From positions 85,915 through 149,914 of the forward strand of contig PEQN01000004.1 of NCBI GenBank assembly GCA_002786225.1: 64,000 nt of DNA, given 5' to 3'. Numbering within the stretch: position 1 is the first letter of the stretch; each line of letters starts with the position of its first letter. Positions 52,307 through 61,286 of the stretch are shown here, piece after piece. Both the position numbers and the translations under genes were made by a program. The notes under the pieces are model-generated. The model saw nothing but the letters and a program-made list of their open reading frames with translations, did no database searches and had not been told where the DNA came from. This DNA is from Leptospira sp. Its GTDB lineage: Bacteria; Spirochaetota; Leptospiria; Leptospirales; Leptospiraceae.

Positions 52307-53902
52307 ATGCAACTTGGTCAACTCAATTGGTTCGATTACTCAATTTTAGCATTATTCGTCAGTTATATGGTATTAGTCGGAATACTCTTAAAGAAAAAAA
52401 TGAAGGGATCAGGAGACTTCTTACTTGCAGGAAGAAAGATTCCAGGTTGGGTGACTGGCATAGCTTTTATTTCAGCAAATATATCTGCCTTAGAACTTAT
52501 AGGGATGAGTGCTTCCGGTGCCGAATATGGATTTCTAACCTTCCACTTTTATTATTTGGGAGCCATTCCTGGAATGATTTTTCTCGGAATATTCATGATG
52601 CCATTTTATTACTCCACCAAGATACGATCTGTCCCTGAATACTTAAAATATAGATTTGATAAAAAGGCTCACTTTTTTAATAGCTTCACAACACTTCTTG
52701 GAATGGCTCTTGGTTCTGGTATCTATTTGTATTCCATGTCTTTAATATTTGAAGTTATGCTAGGTTGGAACCAGACTTTTTCGATATTTTTTACAGCAGG
52801 TGTTGTGTTGGTTTATACTTACTTTGGTGGACTAAGCTCAAGTATTTACACGGAAGTTTTACAATTTTTTCTTACCATACTTGGACTTTCTCCCTTGGTT
52901 TTCATAGGATTGTATTCCTTAGGTGGATGGGAAGGACTCATGGCAAAAGTTCCGTCAACTCATAAGCATATGTGGGTTGGTCTAAGCGGTGGAGACAATG
53001 CTCTAGGTTGGGATGCTATATCTGTGATTTTTGGACTTGGATTTGTTTTATCTTTTTCCTATTGGACTTGTGGTTTTACAGAAGTTCAGAGAGCTATGGC
53101 AGCTAAGGACTATCACTCGGCAAGAATGACACCCTTGATAGGTGCTGTCTTCAAAATTTTGCTGCCCTTTCTAACTATCATCCCTGGCTTAATTGCTCTT
53201 ACTAAATTTTCAGATCAAATGGGAACGGAGTACAATAAGTCGCTTTTAATATTGATTAAAGAGTTCTATCCGCACGGTATGTTAGGACTTGGTGTTACCG
53301 CTATGGTTGCAGCATTTATGGCAGGTATGTCTAGCTCTATAACTGCCTTGAATACTATCTTTACTTATGATTTCTACCAAACATATATCCGACCAGGTCG
53401 TCCGGACGATGAGTATTTAAAAGTAGGTAAATTGTGTACTATGGGCTCAGTTCTTTTTGCTATACTTGGTTCCTTTATCGCAATGCGCTTTGACAATGTA
53501 ATGAATTACATACAACTACTTTTTTCTTTCTTCAATGCTCCTTTGATTGGAATCTTTCTACTGGGAATGTTTTGGGTCAGAGCATCTGCCGTTTCTGGTT
53601 TCTGGGGACTTCTACTTGGAACTAGCGCTGGAATCGGACATTTTGTACTAGTTGAAATGGGAGTCTTATATTATAAAACCGAAATGGTTTCCAATTTTTA
53701 TGGTGCTATCTATTCAGGATTCACTTGTATCTTTGTTATTTGGATCGTAAGTCTTTTTACCAAACAAAAACCCATAGAAGAATTGGATGGTTTACTCTAT
53801 TCAACCAGAGATAAATCTCTACCCTTTTGGGATCGCAAATTGCTTCTATGGGGGACAGTACTTATAATTCTGCTAACAGGGTTTAATCTATGGCTTGCTT
53901 AA
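52307..53902 (+). CDS. sodium:solute symporter family transporter
   Basis: 531 aa with about 13 TM helices. N-terminal GDFLLAGRKIPGWVTGIAFISANISA pattern of the SSF family. Confidence 0.88.
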   Translation: MQLGQLNWFDYSILALFVSYMVLVGILLKKKMKGSGDFLLAGRKIPGWVTGIAFISANISALELIGMSASGAEYGFLTFHFYYLGAIPGMIFLGIFMMPFYYSTKIRSVPEYLKYRFDKKAHFFNSFTTLLGMALGSGIYLYSMSLIFEVMLGWNQTFSIFFTAGVVLVYTYFGGLSSSIYTEVLQFFLTILGLSPLVFIGLYSLGGWEGLMAKVPSTHKHMWVGLSGGDNALGWDAISVIFGLGFVLSFSYWTCGFTEVQRAMAAKDYHSARMTPLIGAVFKILLPFLTIIPGLIALTKFSDQMGTEYNKSLLILIKEFYPHGMLGLGVTAMVAAFMAGMSSSITALNTIFTYDFYQTYIRPGRPDDEYLKVGKLCTMGSVLFAILGSFIAMRFDNVMNYIQLLFSFFNAPLIGIFLLGMFWVRASAVSGFWGLLLGTSAGIGHFVLVEMGVLYYKTEMVSNFYGAIYSGFTCIFVIWIVSLFTKQKPIEELDGLLYSTRDKSLPFWDRKLLLWGTVLIILLTGFNLWLA

Positions 53903-55214
53903 CCTCCGATTTAGACCAATCCAATTTTCTTGTAGCATGCATGACAAATGCAAGTAGAGCAAAAATAGCTATAGATCCTAGCAGTAGAGCGTAGTCTTGA
54001 GCACTTAGGATGACAAATAAGAATCCAAATAAAATACAGAAATAAATTGCACACTGTATGCCCTTAGCCTTACTACTTAAAATGAATCCGGAATAGTAAC
54101 CAATCAAACTTGAGATAGCTAGACTTGATATTAGATAGGCGAGCATAAAACCAATATGCTCGGATAAGGAAAGATTTAAAACATAGAAGATGATCATTGC
54201 AGCACCCATCAAAAGATATTGAATTGGGTGGAGCTTCAATGAATTCAATGTCTCTATTAGGAAAAAGACAGTAAAGCAAGACAACAAAATTAAGATTGCA
54301 TACTTTAAAGAACGTTCTATCAATCTATAATGATCCAATGGAATGATAAAGTTTACTCCATATTTTGACTCCAAGACATTCTTATCAACAAACTCGTAGC
54401 CATCCACTAGAACTTGGCTGTAATTTCTGGAAAAATAAGAAGAGTTCCATGTTGCTGAAAAACCTTTTTCTGAAATGGATCTTTCTAATGGTAAATCTGA
54501 GCCAAAGAAAGAAGGATCAGCCCAATTGGAAAAGATTTGAGTTTTGGTAGATTTTCCTATGGGAACAAAGGCTAAGGACTGAGAGCCGTTCATCTTTAAA
54601 GCAAGTTGAAATGAGTTTGTTTGGAACACATTGATTTCTGCATTTGTATGGATTCCTGAATGAAATGCAGTTGAGCCACTTCCAGGATGGAAAGCTATAT
54701 CTTTTTTGTTCCAGGAAATTTTTAATTCTTCCAACAATCCTTTGTTATCTGATGTATAAATAGATAAGAAAGCCTTGTCCCAAAAAATTTTATGTGCATT
54801 CTGTATGGAAAGAATCTTGCTGCTATCAGGAAATTTTCCTGTCATTTGGATTTCAGATTGGTATAGAACTGCATCATAGATTCCCCTGCTTCTAACATTA
54901 GTAGAAACATTAGTCTTAATCAAAAGTTCATCAGGAAGAATCAATGCCTCTTTATCAACTAATTCGATAGCAAATTTTTTGCCAGCATCATCCACTGCTC
55001 TTTGGATTTGAACTTGGTAGGGAACAACGATAAATGGGCCAGCGATTACTTTTTCTCCACCCCATTTGGCACTGATTTCCTGAATTGATTCATTAGACCT
55101 TTCTTGTCTTTCATAGAGTATTGACTCTACGAAACTGAGTGGGATTAGAAAACACATTAGCATAAAAGCTAGTATTCCTAATTTTATACCTTTTGAATTT
55201 ACGATTGAAAACAT
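53883..55214 (-). CDS. creD: cell envelope integrity protein CreD
   Basis: Collinear with E. coli CreD: NWADPSFFGSDLP, LKYAILILL..FFLIE and LHPIQYLLMGAAMIIFYVLNLSLSEHIGF. Confidence 0.85.
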   Translation of the reverse strand: MFSIVNSKGIKLGILAFMLMCFLIPLSFVESILYERQERSNESIQEISAKWGGEKVIAGPFIVVPYQVQIQRAVDDAGKKFAIELVDKEALILPDELLIKTNVSTNVRSRGIYDAVLYQSEIQMTGKFPDSSKILSIQNAHKIFWDKAFLSIYTSDNKGLLEELKISWNKKDIAFHPGSGSTAFHSGIHTNAEINVFQTNSFQLALKMNGSQSLAFVPIGKSTKTQIFSNWADPSFFGSDLPLERSISEKGFSATWNSSYFSRNYSQVLVDGYEFVDKNVLESKYGVNFIIPLDHYRLIERSLKYAILILLSCFTVFFLIETLNSLKLHPIQYLLMGAAMIIFYVLNLSLSEHIGFMLAYLISSLAISSLIGYYSGFILSSKAKGIQCAIYFCILFGFLFVILSAQDYALLLGSIAIFALLAFVMHATRKLDWSKSEVKQAID

Positions 55215-55292
55215 ACTTTATCTCCTTTGATAAAGATAGTATGCCTTAAGATTGTGATGGAATTATGAGTGAATTGTGAGGATAAAGTGAGC

Positions 55293-56756
55293 TTATAAAA
55301 AAATTACAGTTGCCATGACTCCTTTATTGACATTTTCAATTTGGATGCTAGCATTATGGTAGTTTAGAACCTGCTTTACCAAGGCTAATCCAAGTCCTGA
55401 ACTTTTTCTTCCCGTCCTTTTCCTTGGAAGAGAATAAAACTTATTCCAAATTTTATCTATAGCATATTCAGGAATAGAATCGGTTTCGTTATAAATTTGG
55501 ATTTGAGCTTGGTTGATTTTATTATACGAAATACTAATTTGAATATGGTGGTCTATATCAGTAAATTCAATTGCATTTCGAAGTAGATTCATAAAAGCAA
55601 AGCGCAAATAAAACTCATTTCCTTTTATGATTAGTGGCAACTCTATTGGTGAAAATGAAATTTGGATTCCAAATTTTTGAATTTCTGGCATGCAGGTTTG
55701 TACAATATCCTTGCATAATTCATTGAGATCAATTGTGTCAGCTAAGTCCAGCCCCTTAGAATTTTCTAAGGAGGATAATTCAAGTAGTCTATCTATTATT
55801 TCCTGAATTCGTCTAGATTCAGATTGAATATTTTTAGATAGGTTTTTGATTTGAGTCTCAGGAATACCATCTTGCAAAAGTTCGGAAGATGCTATTATAG
55901 ATGTTAAAGGACTTCGGATTTCATGAGTAAATGTTTGGATATAATTTTCTATATATTTCCTACCTTCTAATTCAGAAATTAAATGTTCCATCTCCCGACC
56001 TAGGTCACGAATCTCTGGAATTGCAATTTTTGGAAAAGTCGGTGATAGTCCCAAGCGAATCTTAGAGATATAATCAGATAATTTTCGAATAGGACGAATT
56101 GTATAAAACACAAGAACAAGGAAGAGCAAGGAAATCAAACCAGCAATGAGAATGGATAGATTCCAAAATTTTTGTCGCGCATCTTCAATAAACAAATTCA
56201 CACTACTTTTTGGTTTAATTACTGTTAGAACTCCAACAATTCTATTATCCACTCGAATCGCCGAGGATACAAAAAGTGCACCACTATCTTCCTCACTTTG
56301 AATCTTGCTAGACCTGGCACCATATTTATCATTTAGAGTTAATAAAACATCATTGAACTTAGAGTAATCTAATCCAGTTCTAAATTGATGGCTATCATAA
56401 ACTACTATCCCTTTTGCATCTGTAACATAAACTTGGGTGTCTACTGATGTTTTAGTGAGGCTATAGATTCTGGCATTGAATTTATGGCTCTGAACATTTT
56501 GAAACATTGGATTTAATCTTTGTTTCACGATACTACCAAGGTTCGGAAGCATCCAAGATTCATTCAAATAAATAGGCTTGGCTTTGTTTTGAATTAAATC
56601 TATCTCAATGAAAGAGGAGAGTAGGTGAGCTGTGTCATTGATACTTTCTTCCACACTTTCTAAGTAGCGTGGACGAATTGTAATCATAGTCTTATCTATT
56701 AAATAGTAAAAACCTAGACCAAGGATAAAAAAAAACCAATAATCAAACGTATCCAA
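55293..56756 (-). CDS. two-component sensor histidine kinase, CreC-like
   Basis: H-box FTHEIRSPLTSI, plus N/G boxes (LLRNAIEF, GLGLALV). The N-terminal periplasmic sensor resembles CreC (RPRYLESVEESINDTAHLLSSFIE). Confidence 0.85.
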   Translation of the reverse strand: MDTFDYWFFFILGLGFYYLIDKTMITIRPRYLESVEESINDTAHLLSSFIEIDLIQNKAKPIYLNESWMLPNLGSIVKQRLNPMFQNVQSHKFNARIYSLTKTSVDTQVYVTDAKGIVVYDSHQFRTGLDYSKFNDVLLTLNDKYGARSSKIQSEEDSGALFVSSAIRVDNRIVGVLTVIKPKSSVNLFIEDARQKFWNLSILIAGLISLLFLVLVFYTIRPIRKLSDYISKIRLGLSPTFPKIAIPEIRDLGREMEHLISELEGRKYIENYIQTFTHEIRSPLTSIIASSELLQDGIPETQIKNLSKNIQSESRRIQEIIDRLLELSSLENSKGLDLADTIDLNELCKDIVQTCMPEIQKFGIQISFSPIELPLIIKGNEFYLRFAFMNLLRNAIEFTDIDHHIQISISYNKINQAQIQIYNETDSIPEYAIDKIWNKFYSLPRKRTGRKSSGLGLALVKQVLNYHNASIQIENVNKGVMATVIFL

Positions 56757-56773
56757 AGATTCATAAATTTACC

Positions 56774-57448
56774 TTATATCTCCTTTAGGCCATAACCTTG
56801 ACCTCTACGTGTTTCTATAGGATCAAGATCGGAATTTATCTCTTTAATTCTAGCTCTGATATTCTTGATAACTGTATCAACAGCTCTATCAAAACTATCT
56901 TCTGGAGTCGTCCAAACGGAGTCCATGATTTCTTCTCTAGTGAAAATGATCCCAGGTCGTTTTAGAAATAAAACTAGGGTCTTGTATTCATAAGGAGAGA
57001 GCGCCAAAGACTTACCTTGGAAAAATATAATCTTTTTCCTTTCGTCGTGAACGAAAATATTTTCTTCCTTGGATAAGGTATTAGTAGATCTTCTGAGTAT
57101 TGTCTTTATTCTCGCAACAATTTCTCTGGGACTAAAGGGCTTGCTTACATAATCATCTGCTTCTAGTTCAAGTCCAAGAACTCTGTCGACTTCATTGTCA
57201 CGAGCTGTGAGAAGAAGAATGGGTATTTGTGATTTCTTGCGAACCCTCTTTAATACATCGAATCCATCTATGCCAGGAAGACCTATGTCGAGAATCATAA
57301 GATGGAATCCCTCTTCCCATATTTTAAGACAATCTTCACCTGAGTAAACCTGTTGGATCAAAAAACCATTGGATTCTAAGGCGATTCGAAGAGTTTCTTG
57401 GATTCCAGGTTCATCTTCCACGATTAAAATCTTTTTCGAGAGATTCAT
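56774..57448 (-). CDS. OmpR-family response regulator, CreB-like
   Basis: ILIVEDEP, receiver Asp in LMILDIGLPGIDG, winged-helix C-terminus (ETRRGQGYGL). ATG 57448 (MNLSKK, GGGAGA RBS) is preferred over ORF-track 57598. Confidence 0.88.
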   Translation of the reverse strand: MNLSKKILIVEDEPGIQETLRIALESNGFLIQQVYSGEDCLKIWEEGFHLMILDIGLPGIDGFDVLKRVRKKSQIPILLLTARDNEVDRVLGLELEADDYVSKPFSPREIVARIKTILRRSTNTLSKEENIFVHDERKKIIFFQGKSLALSPYEYKTLVLFLKRPGIIFTREEIMDSVWTTPEDSFDRAVDTVIKNIRARIKEINSDLDPIETRRGQGYGLKEI

Positions 57449-57497
57449 TCTCCCATATTCCTGTTGAATGAATAATTTTAAAGCAAAAGATGGATGA

Positions 57498-58151
57498 ATG
57501 ACGACTCTACTCTTTAATTTGATGCTAGTGTTTCTAGTTTTGCTTTTGTTTGCTGAGGCTAAAAAGAATCTCATCCTCAAGACTATCGCTAAGTCCATAG
57601 CCTCTGCTTGCTTTGTGTCATTCGCATATCTCTTGGGAATTCATTCTGAGTACGATACCTTTATCTTCCTTGGATTGCTTTTTAGTATGTTTGGAGATAT
57701 TTTTTTAATCTCTACGAAAAAGAAAATTTTCCTACTTGGCTTGTTTGCTTTTTTGATAGCGCATATTTTTTATGTTTTTGCCTTTCTTCCAAAATTTCAA
57801 TTCTCCTATTTTTGGCTCATCTCTCTCTCTATACCACTCATACTATCAGCTCTTTTTTATAAAAGGATAGAAAATTTGTTGGGAAATTTGAAAATCCCAG
57901 TTATCATATATTTTATTGTCATTAATACTATGTTATGTATCTCTCTATCTTTAATCATACAAAATCTTATATCCATAGAGACTGTATTAGGTTATTATAT
58001 TATTTTCGTAGGTGCCTTTCTTTTTTATCTTTCCGACATTGCTGTTGCCAAGGAAAGATTCATTGGCAAAAATTTTACCAATAAGCTATGGGGATTGCCC
58101 TTTTATTACATAGGCCAATTTTTTATTGCCTTTAGTATAAGTATTTTTTAG
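57498..58151 (+). CDS. YhhN-family membrane protein (lysoplasmalogenase-like)
   Basis: 217 aa with about 7 TM helices. MFGDIFL and FLIAHIFY motifs typical of YhhN/TMEM86. Confidence 0.7.
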   Translation: MTTLLFNLMLVFLVLLLFAEAKKNLILKTIAKSIASACFVSFAYLLGIHSEYDTFIFLGLLFSMFGDIFLISTKKKIFLLGLFAFLIAHIFYVFAFLPKFQFSYFWLISLSIPLILSALFYKRIENLLGNLKIPVIIYFIVINTMLCISLSLIIQNLISIETVLGYYIIFVGAFLFYLSDIAVAKERFIGKNFTNKLWGLPFYYIGQFFIAFSISIF

Positions 58152-58196
58152 AAAACATTATTTTTGCATTCAATTTGTAAAGGAGCTAACAAATTT

Positions 58197-59480
58197 ATGA
58201 GTAAATCGGAACTTCTATTAAATACCAAAGAAACCAAAGGCTTGCGAATAACATTTATATTTAGAATAATACTTTTAATTTCTACAACCACGGGACATTT
58301 CTTTTCTTACCATACTATAGGAGAAGTTATCCGAGTAGGTATAGTTGCAAGTTTCTTTACTTTGGGATCCTTTTACATGTTGTATTTAATTCGAGATGGG
58401 AGAAACTTAAAGTTAGCTGGTTACTTAGGTTTGTCGGCTGATATTTTTATACTTTGTTTTATGCCTTATAATTGGTATATATCTGTTGGCTTTATTGAAA
58501 ATATTCCTCCGTCTTATCTATTGAAGACTTCTCTACCTGCTGTTGCTATCCCCATTATTACAATCAGTTCCTTGGCTATTCGACCTTTTTATCCACTTAT
58601 CTTAACAATTGCCTTTGATTCAATCTGGCTTTTCTTTCTTTATTTAGTAGTTAATGATCCTAGAACAATATTCACAGAAAATTTCGTTGAGAATATGTTT
58701 TCTTCGGCGGTTATTCCTTCTTTTTATTTTATGTATCTTATCACTATAACCGCCGCTGGTGCTATGTTAAGTTTTCTTTGCTATTCTTATAGAAAATCCA
58801 TTCGTGATGCAGTGGTCTTAGAAGTCCAGAATTCTCAATTGGAAAGATATTTCTCACCTGGTGTTCTTAGCCAAATTAAAGAAGTAGAATCCATCTTCCA
58901 AGCCAAGAAATCGAAAGTTGTAGTGCTCTTTTCTGATATAAGAAATTTTACTGCAATGAGTGAGAAAGAATCTCCTGAATTTGTAGTTCAATTCTTACGC
59001 GACTACCATTCTAGAATGGTTAACGTCATCTATGAATACGGCGGTACAATAGATAAGTTCATAGGTGATGGAATAATGGTTACTTTTGGTACACCTGTGT
59101 CCAAGCCCGATGATTGCAAACGCGCTCTATTGTGTGCTTTGGGTATGCGAACTGCACTGCTTCAATTTAATAATGACTTACAGATTCAGGATAAAGAAAA
59201 TTGGATACGACAGGGAATTGGAATTCATTATGGCGATGTTATTTCAGGAAATATTGGTTCAGAAAGTCGACTTGAATATACAGTAATAGGAGATACTGTA
59301 AACCTTGCTAGTCGGATTGAATCCAAGTGTAAAGAACTTAGCAAAGATATTTTATTTTCTGAAAGCTTTGCAAAAGAATTAACATCCTATCAATCTTTTA
59401 GTGAAGCTAATTCTTTACAAAAATTAGGAGAAATTGAAATTCGAGGTAAGCTAGAACCGGTTTCTTTGTTTACGATATAG
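58197..59480 (+). CDS. membrane-bound class III adenylate/guanylate cyclase
   Basis: About 6 N-terminal TM helices, then VLFSDIRNFT, IDKFIGDGIMVTFG, EYTVIGDTVNLASRIES. ATG 58197 after AGGAG is preferred over TTG 58164. Confidence 0.85.
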   Translation: MSKSELLLNTKETKGLRITFIFRIILLISTTTGHFFSYHTIGEVIRVGIVASFFTLGSFYMLYLIRDGRNLKLAGYLGLSADIFILCFMPYNWYISVGFIENIPPSYLLKTSLPAVAIPIITISSLAIRPFYPLILTIAFDSIWLFFLYLVVNDPRTIFTENFVENMFSSAVIPSFYFMYLITITAAGAMLSFLCYSYRKSIRDAVVLEVQNSQLERYFSPGVLSQIKEVESIFQAKKSKVVVLFSDIRNFTAMSEKESPEFVVQFLRDYHSRMVNVIYEYGGTIDKFIGDGIMVTFGTPVSKPDDCKRALLCALGMRTALLQFNNDLQIQDKENWIRQGIGIHYGDVISGNIGSESRLEYTVIGDTVNLASRIESKCKELSKDILFSESFAKELTSYQSFSEANSLQKLGEIEIRGKLEPVSLFTI

Positions 59481-59488
59481 AAAGAATC

Positions 59489-59968
59489 TCATAACAGCTT
59501 CTTAATATCATCTTCGATTTGGGAAGGTTCTGTCATAGGAGCATATCTTTTGACAACCTTACCATTCTTATCTATTAAAAATTTTGTGAAATTCCATTTA
59601 ATATCTTTGAGACCCAAGAGACCAGGTGCTTGTTGTTTTAGATAATTGTATAAGGGATGAGCTGCTTTTCCATTCACATCCACTTTCTTAAATATAGGAA
59701 AGGTGATAGAATAATTCATATCACAAAAGCTTTTGATTTCAGTATCATCTCCTGGTTCTTGTTCTCCGAACTGATTGCAAGGAAAAGCCAAAACCTCAAA
59801 TCCATCCTTATTGTATTTCTCGTAGATGGCTTGTAAACCTTTGTATTGAGGTGTATAGCCACAACGACTTGCTGTATTGACGATTAATACTGCTTTTCCT
59901 TTATAATCGGCTAAGCTTTGTTCACCAGAACTAGTTGCTACTGAAAAATCATAAATTGATGCACCCAT
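59489..59968 (-). CDS. glutathione peroxidase (Cys type)
   Basis: NTASRCGYTPQY active-site motif, FPCNQFG, WNFTKFL. ATG 59968 sits one nt after the upstream stop, with GGAGA RBS. Confidence 0.92.
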   Translation of the reverse strand: MGASIYDFSVATSSGEQSLADYKGKAVLIVNTASRCGYTPQYKGLQAIYEKYNKDGFEVLAFPCNQFGEQEPGDDTEIKSFCDMNYSITFPIFKKVDVNGKAAHPLYNYLKQQAPGLLGLKDIKWNFTKFLIDKNGKVVKRYAPMTEPSQIEDDIKKLL

Positions 59969-59969
59969 T

Positions 59970-61286
59970 TTATATCTCCACAACCTTAGACGCTTTGTTC
60001 GCTATGGCTATAGGTCTATCTTGGCTATTTTTAATTAATTTCTTGGGATTGATTCCTGAATACTTATAGAGGCTAGCCACAAGATCTCGTACATGCATAA
60101 CTGGACTTGATTTGGTTGCTTTTTCTCCTTTTTCATCAGTCTCTCCGAAGACTCTACCTTTAGAAATACTTCCTCCACCAATCAAAGTCGTCCAGACTTT
60201 AGGATGGTGATCTCTTCCATCTCTAGTTCCTACATCGGGAGTTCTACCGAATTCTGAGGAAAGCATAAAAATCGTCTGTTTCATAAGACCAGTCGATTCT
60301 AATTCACCAAGTAGTGCTGCGAGTCCTTGGTCAGTTTCAGACATAATTTTAGTTATACGAGATTTGTTGTTATCATGGGTATCCCAACCACCTATAGTAA
60401 TTTGAATAAAGGGGACCTCGATTTCAGTAAGTTTTCTTGCAATAAGCATAGCCTTGCCTTGCCAAGACTCCCCATAACTTTTAATTACCGACTCTTTTTC
60501 CTTGGACCAATCAAAAGATGAAATCTTATCTGAATCTCGAAATTCACGAGCCGCTACGTACATTTTGTCCCAAACATCTAAGTTGAGAGAATGATTTTTA
60601 TTATTGTATTCAGAATTCAAAGCATCCAGAAAAGTTTCTCTTCTTAGGATTCGTTCATTTTCATACTTACCCCAAGAAGGAGTAATATTCGAGAGTGGTT
60701 TATTGGGATCTCCCACATGAAATCCTGCATGATCAACGCTTAAATATCCTGGGTCACCAATCTTTCCATTGCGTCCACCCATGGTAATATAACGAGGAAA
60801 ATAAGAAGAAGGTTTTTTATTCAAAGATTTAATGTAAGAAATCATAGCGCCCATATGAGGAAGATCAGGTATTCCAACTGTTTCAGTTTCACGATATCCT
60901 GTGTTTAGAAGGTGTTGAGCCATACCATGATCTCCATCCTCACAAGAAGTAGAACGAATAACTGTTAATTTGTGTAGGTGTTTGGCGGTCTTCTGAAAAG
61001 GTTCAAGTACAGAAAGGTTTCTTATTGAAGAATCTACTTTACCAAATGCGGAATTCTTCTTAGGGTCTAGAGTATCTACATGGCTCATACCTCCTTCCAT
61101 ATTTATAAAGATCACTGTCCTTACAGGAGAAGGAAGACTTAAGTCTTCATTGGAATCATAAGATCTTGAAAATAAATCAGTTAAACTAAAGGCAGATAGA
61201 TTCGATTTAGGAATAGTAAATCCTGCAAGTAAGGCAGCTGATGCTTGTAAAAATTCTTTTCGATTAAAAGATGATTTAATTGACAT
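59970..61286 (-). CDS. DUF1501 family protein (sulfatase/phosphatase-like fold)
   Basis: Tat-like N-terminus NRKEFLQASAALLAGF. GGMSHVDTLDPK, WDTH and GRDHH motifs characteristic of DUF1501. Confidence 0.8.
   Translation of the reverse strand: MSIKSSFNRKEFLQASAALLAGFTIPKSNLSAFSLTDLFSRSYDSNEDLSLPSPVRTVIFINMEGGMSHVDTLDPKKNSAFGKVDSSIRNLSVLEPFQKTAKHLHKLTVIRSTSCEDGDHGMAQHLLNTGYRETETVGIPDLPHMGAMISYIKSLNKKPSSYFPRYITMGGRNGKIGDPGYLSVDHAGFHVGDPNKPLSNITPSWGKYENERILRRETFLDALNSEYNNKNHSLNLDVWDKMYVAAREFRDSDKISSFDWSKEKESVIKSYGESWQGKAMLIARKLTEIEVPFIQITIGGWDTHDNNKSRITKIMSETDQGLAALLGELESTGLMKQTIFMLSSEFGRTPDVGTRDGRDHHPKVWTTLIGGGSISKGRVFGETDEKGEKATKSSPVMHVRDLVASLYKYSGINPKKLIKNSQDRPIAIANKASKVVEI

Noticed and set aside
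52279-52638. 119-aa ORF overlapping the 5' part of the sodium:solute symporter gene in another frame
   Set aside because: The overlapping frame 52307-53902 gives a coherent 13-TM SSF transporter. The alternative product is Arg/Cys-rich and unlike real proteins.
56728-56738. Homopolymer tracts inside coding regions as possible phase-variation switches: the A9/T9 run near the 5' end of the histidine kinase gene, with similar A9 runs at about 7186-7194 in uppS and about 35464-35472 in the MORN gene
   Set aside because: Such runs are expected in an AT-rich genome encoding Lys/Phe-rich proteins. One lies in the essential uppS, and there is no evidence of frameshifted copies.
57449-57598. 50-codon N-terminal extension of the response regulator (ORF-track start 57598)
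   Set aside because: The extension has no similarity to receiver domains and would overlap the divergent YhhN gene. ATG 57448 with a GGGAGA RBS gives the canonical MNLSKKILIVEDE start.
15221-59480. Reading the class III cyclases and cNMP-binding proteins as a Pycsar/CBASS-like antiphage signalling system
   Set aside because: - Each cyclase is fused to a sensory input domain (CHASE2, cNMP-binding, 6-TM) and has adenylate-type Lys plus Asp/Thr residues.
- No adjacent TIR, pore-forming or nuclease effector gene is present.
- The neighbours are housekeeping genes, and there are no mobile-element hallmarks.
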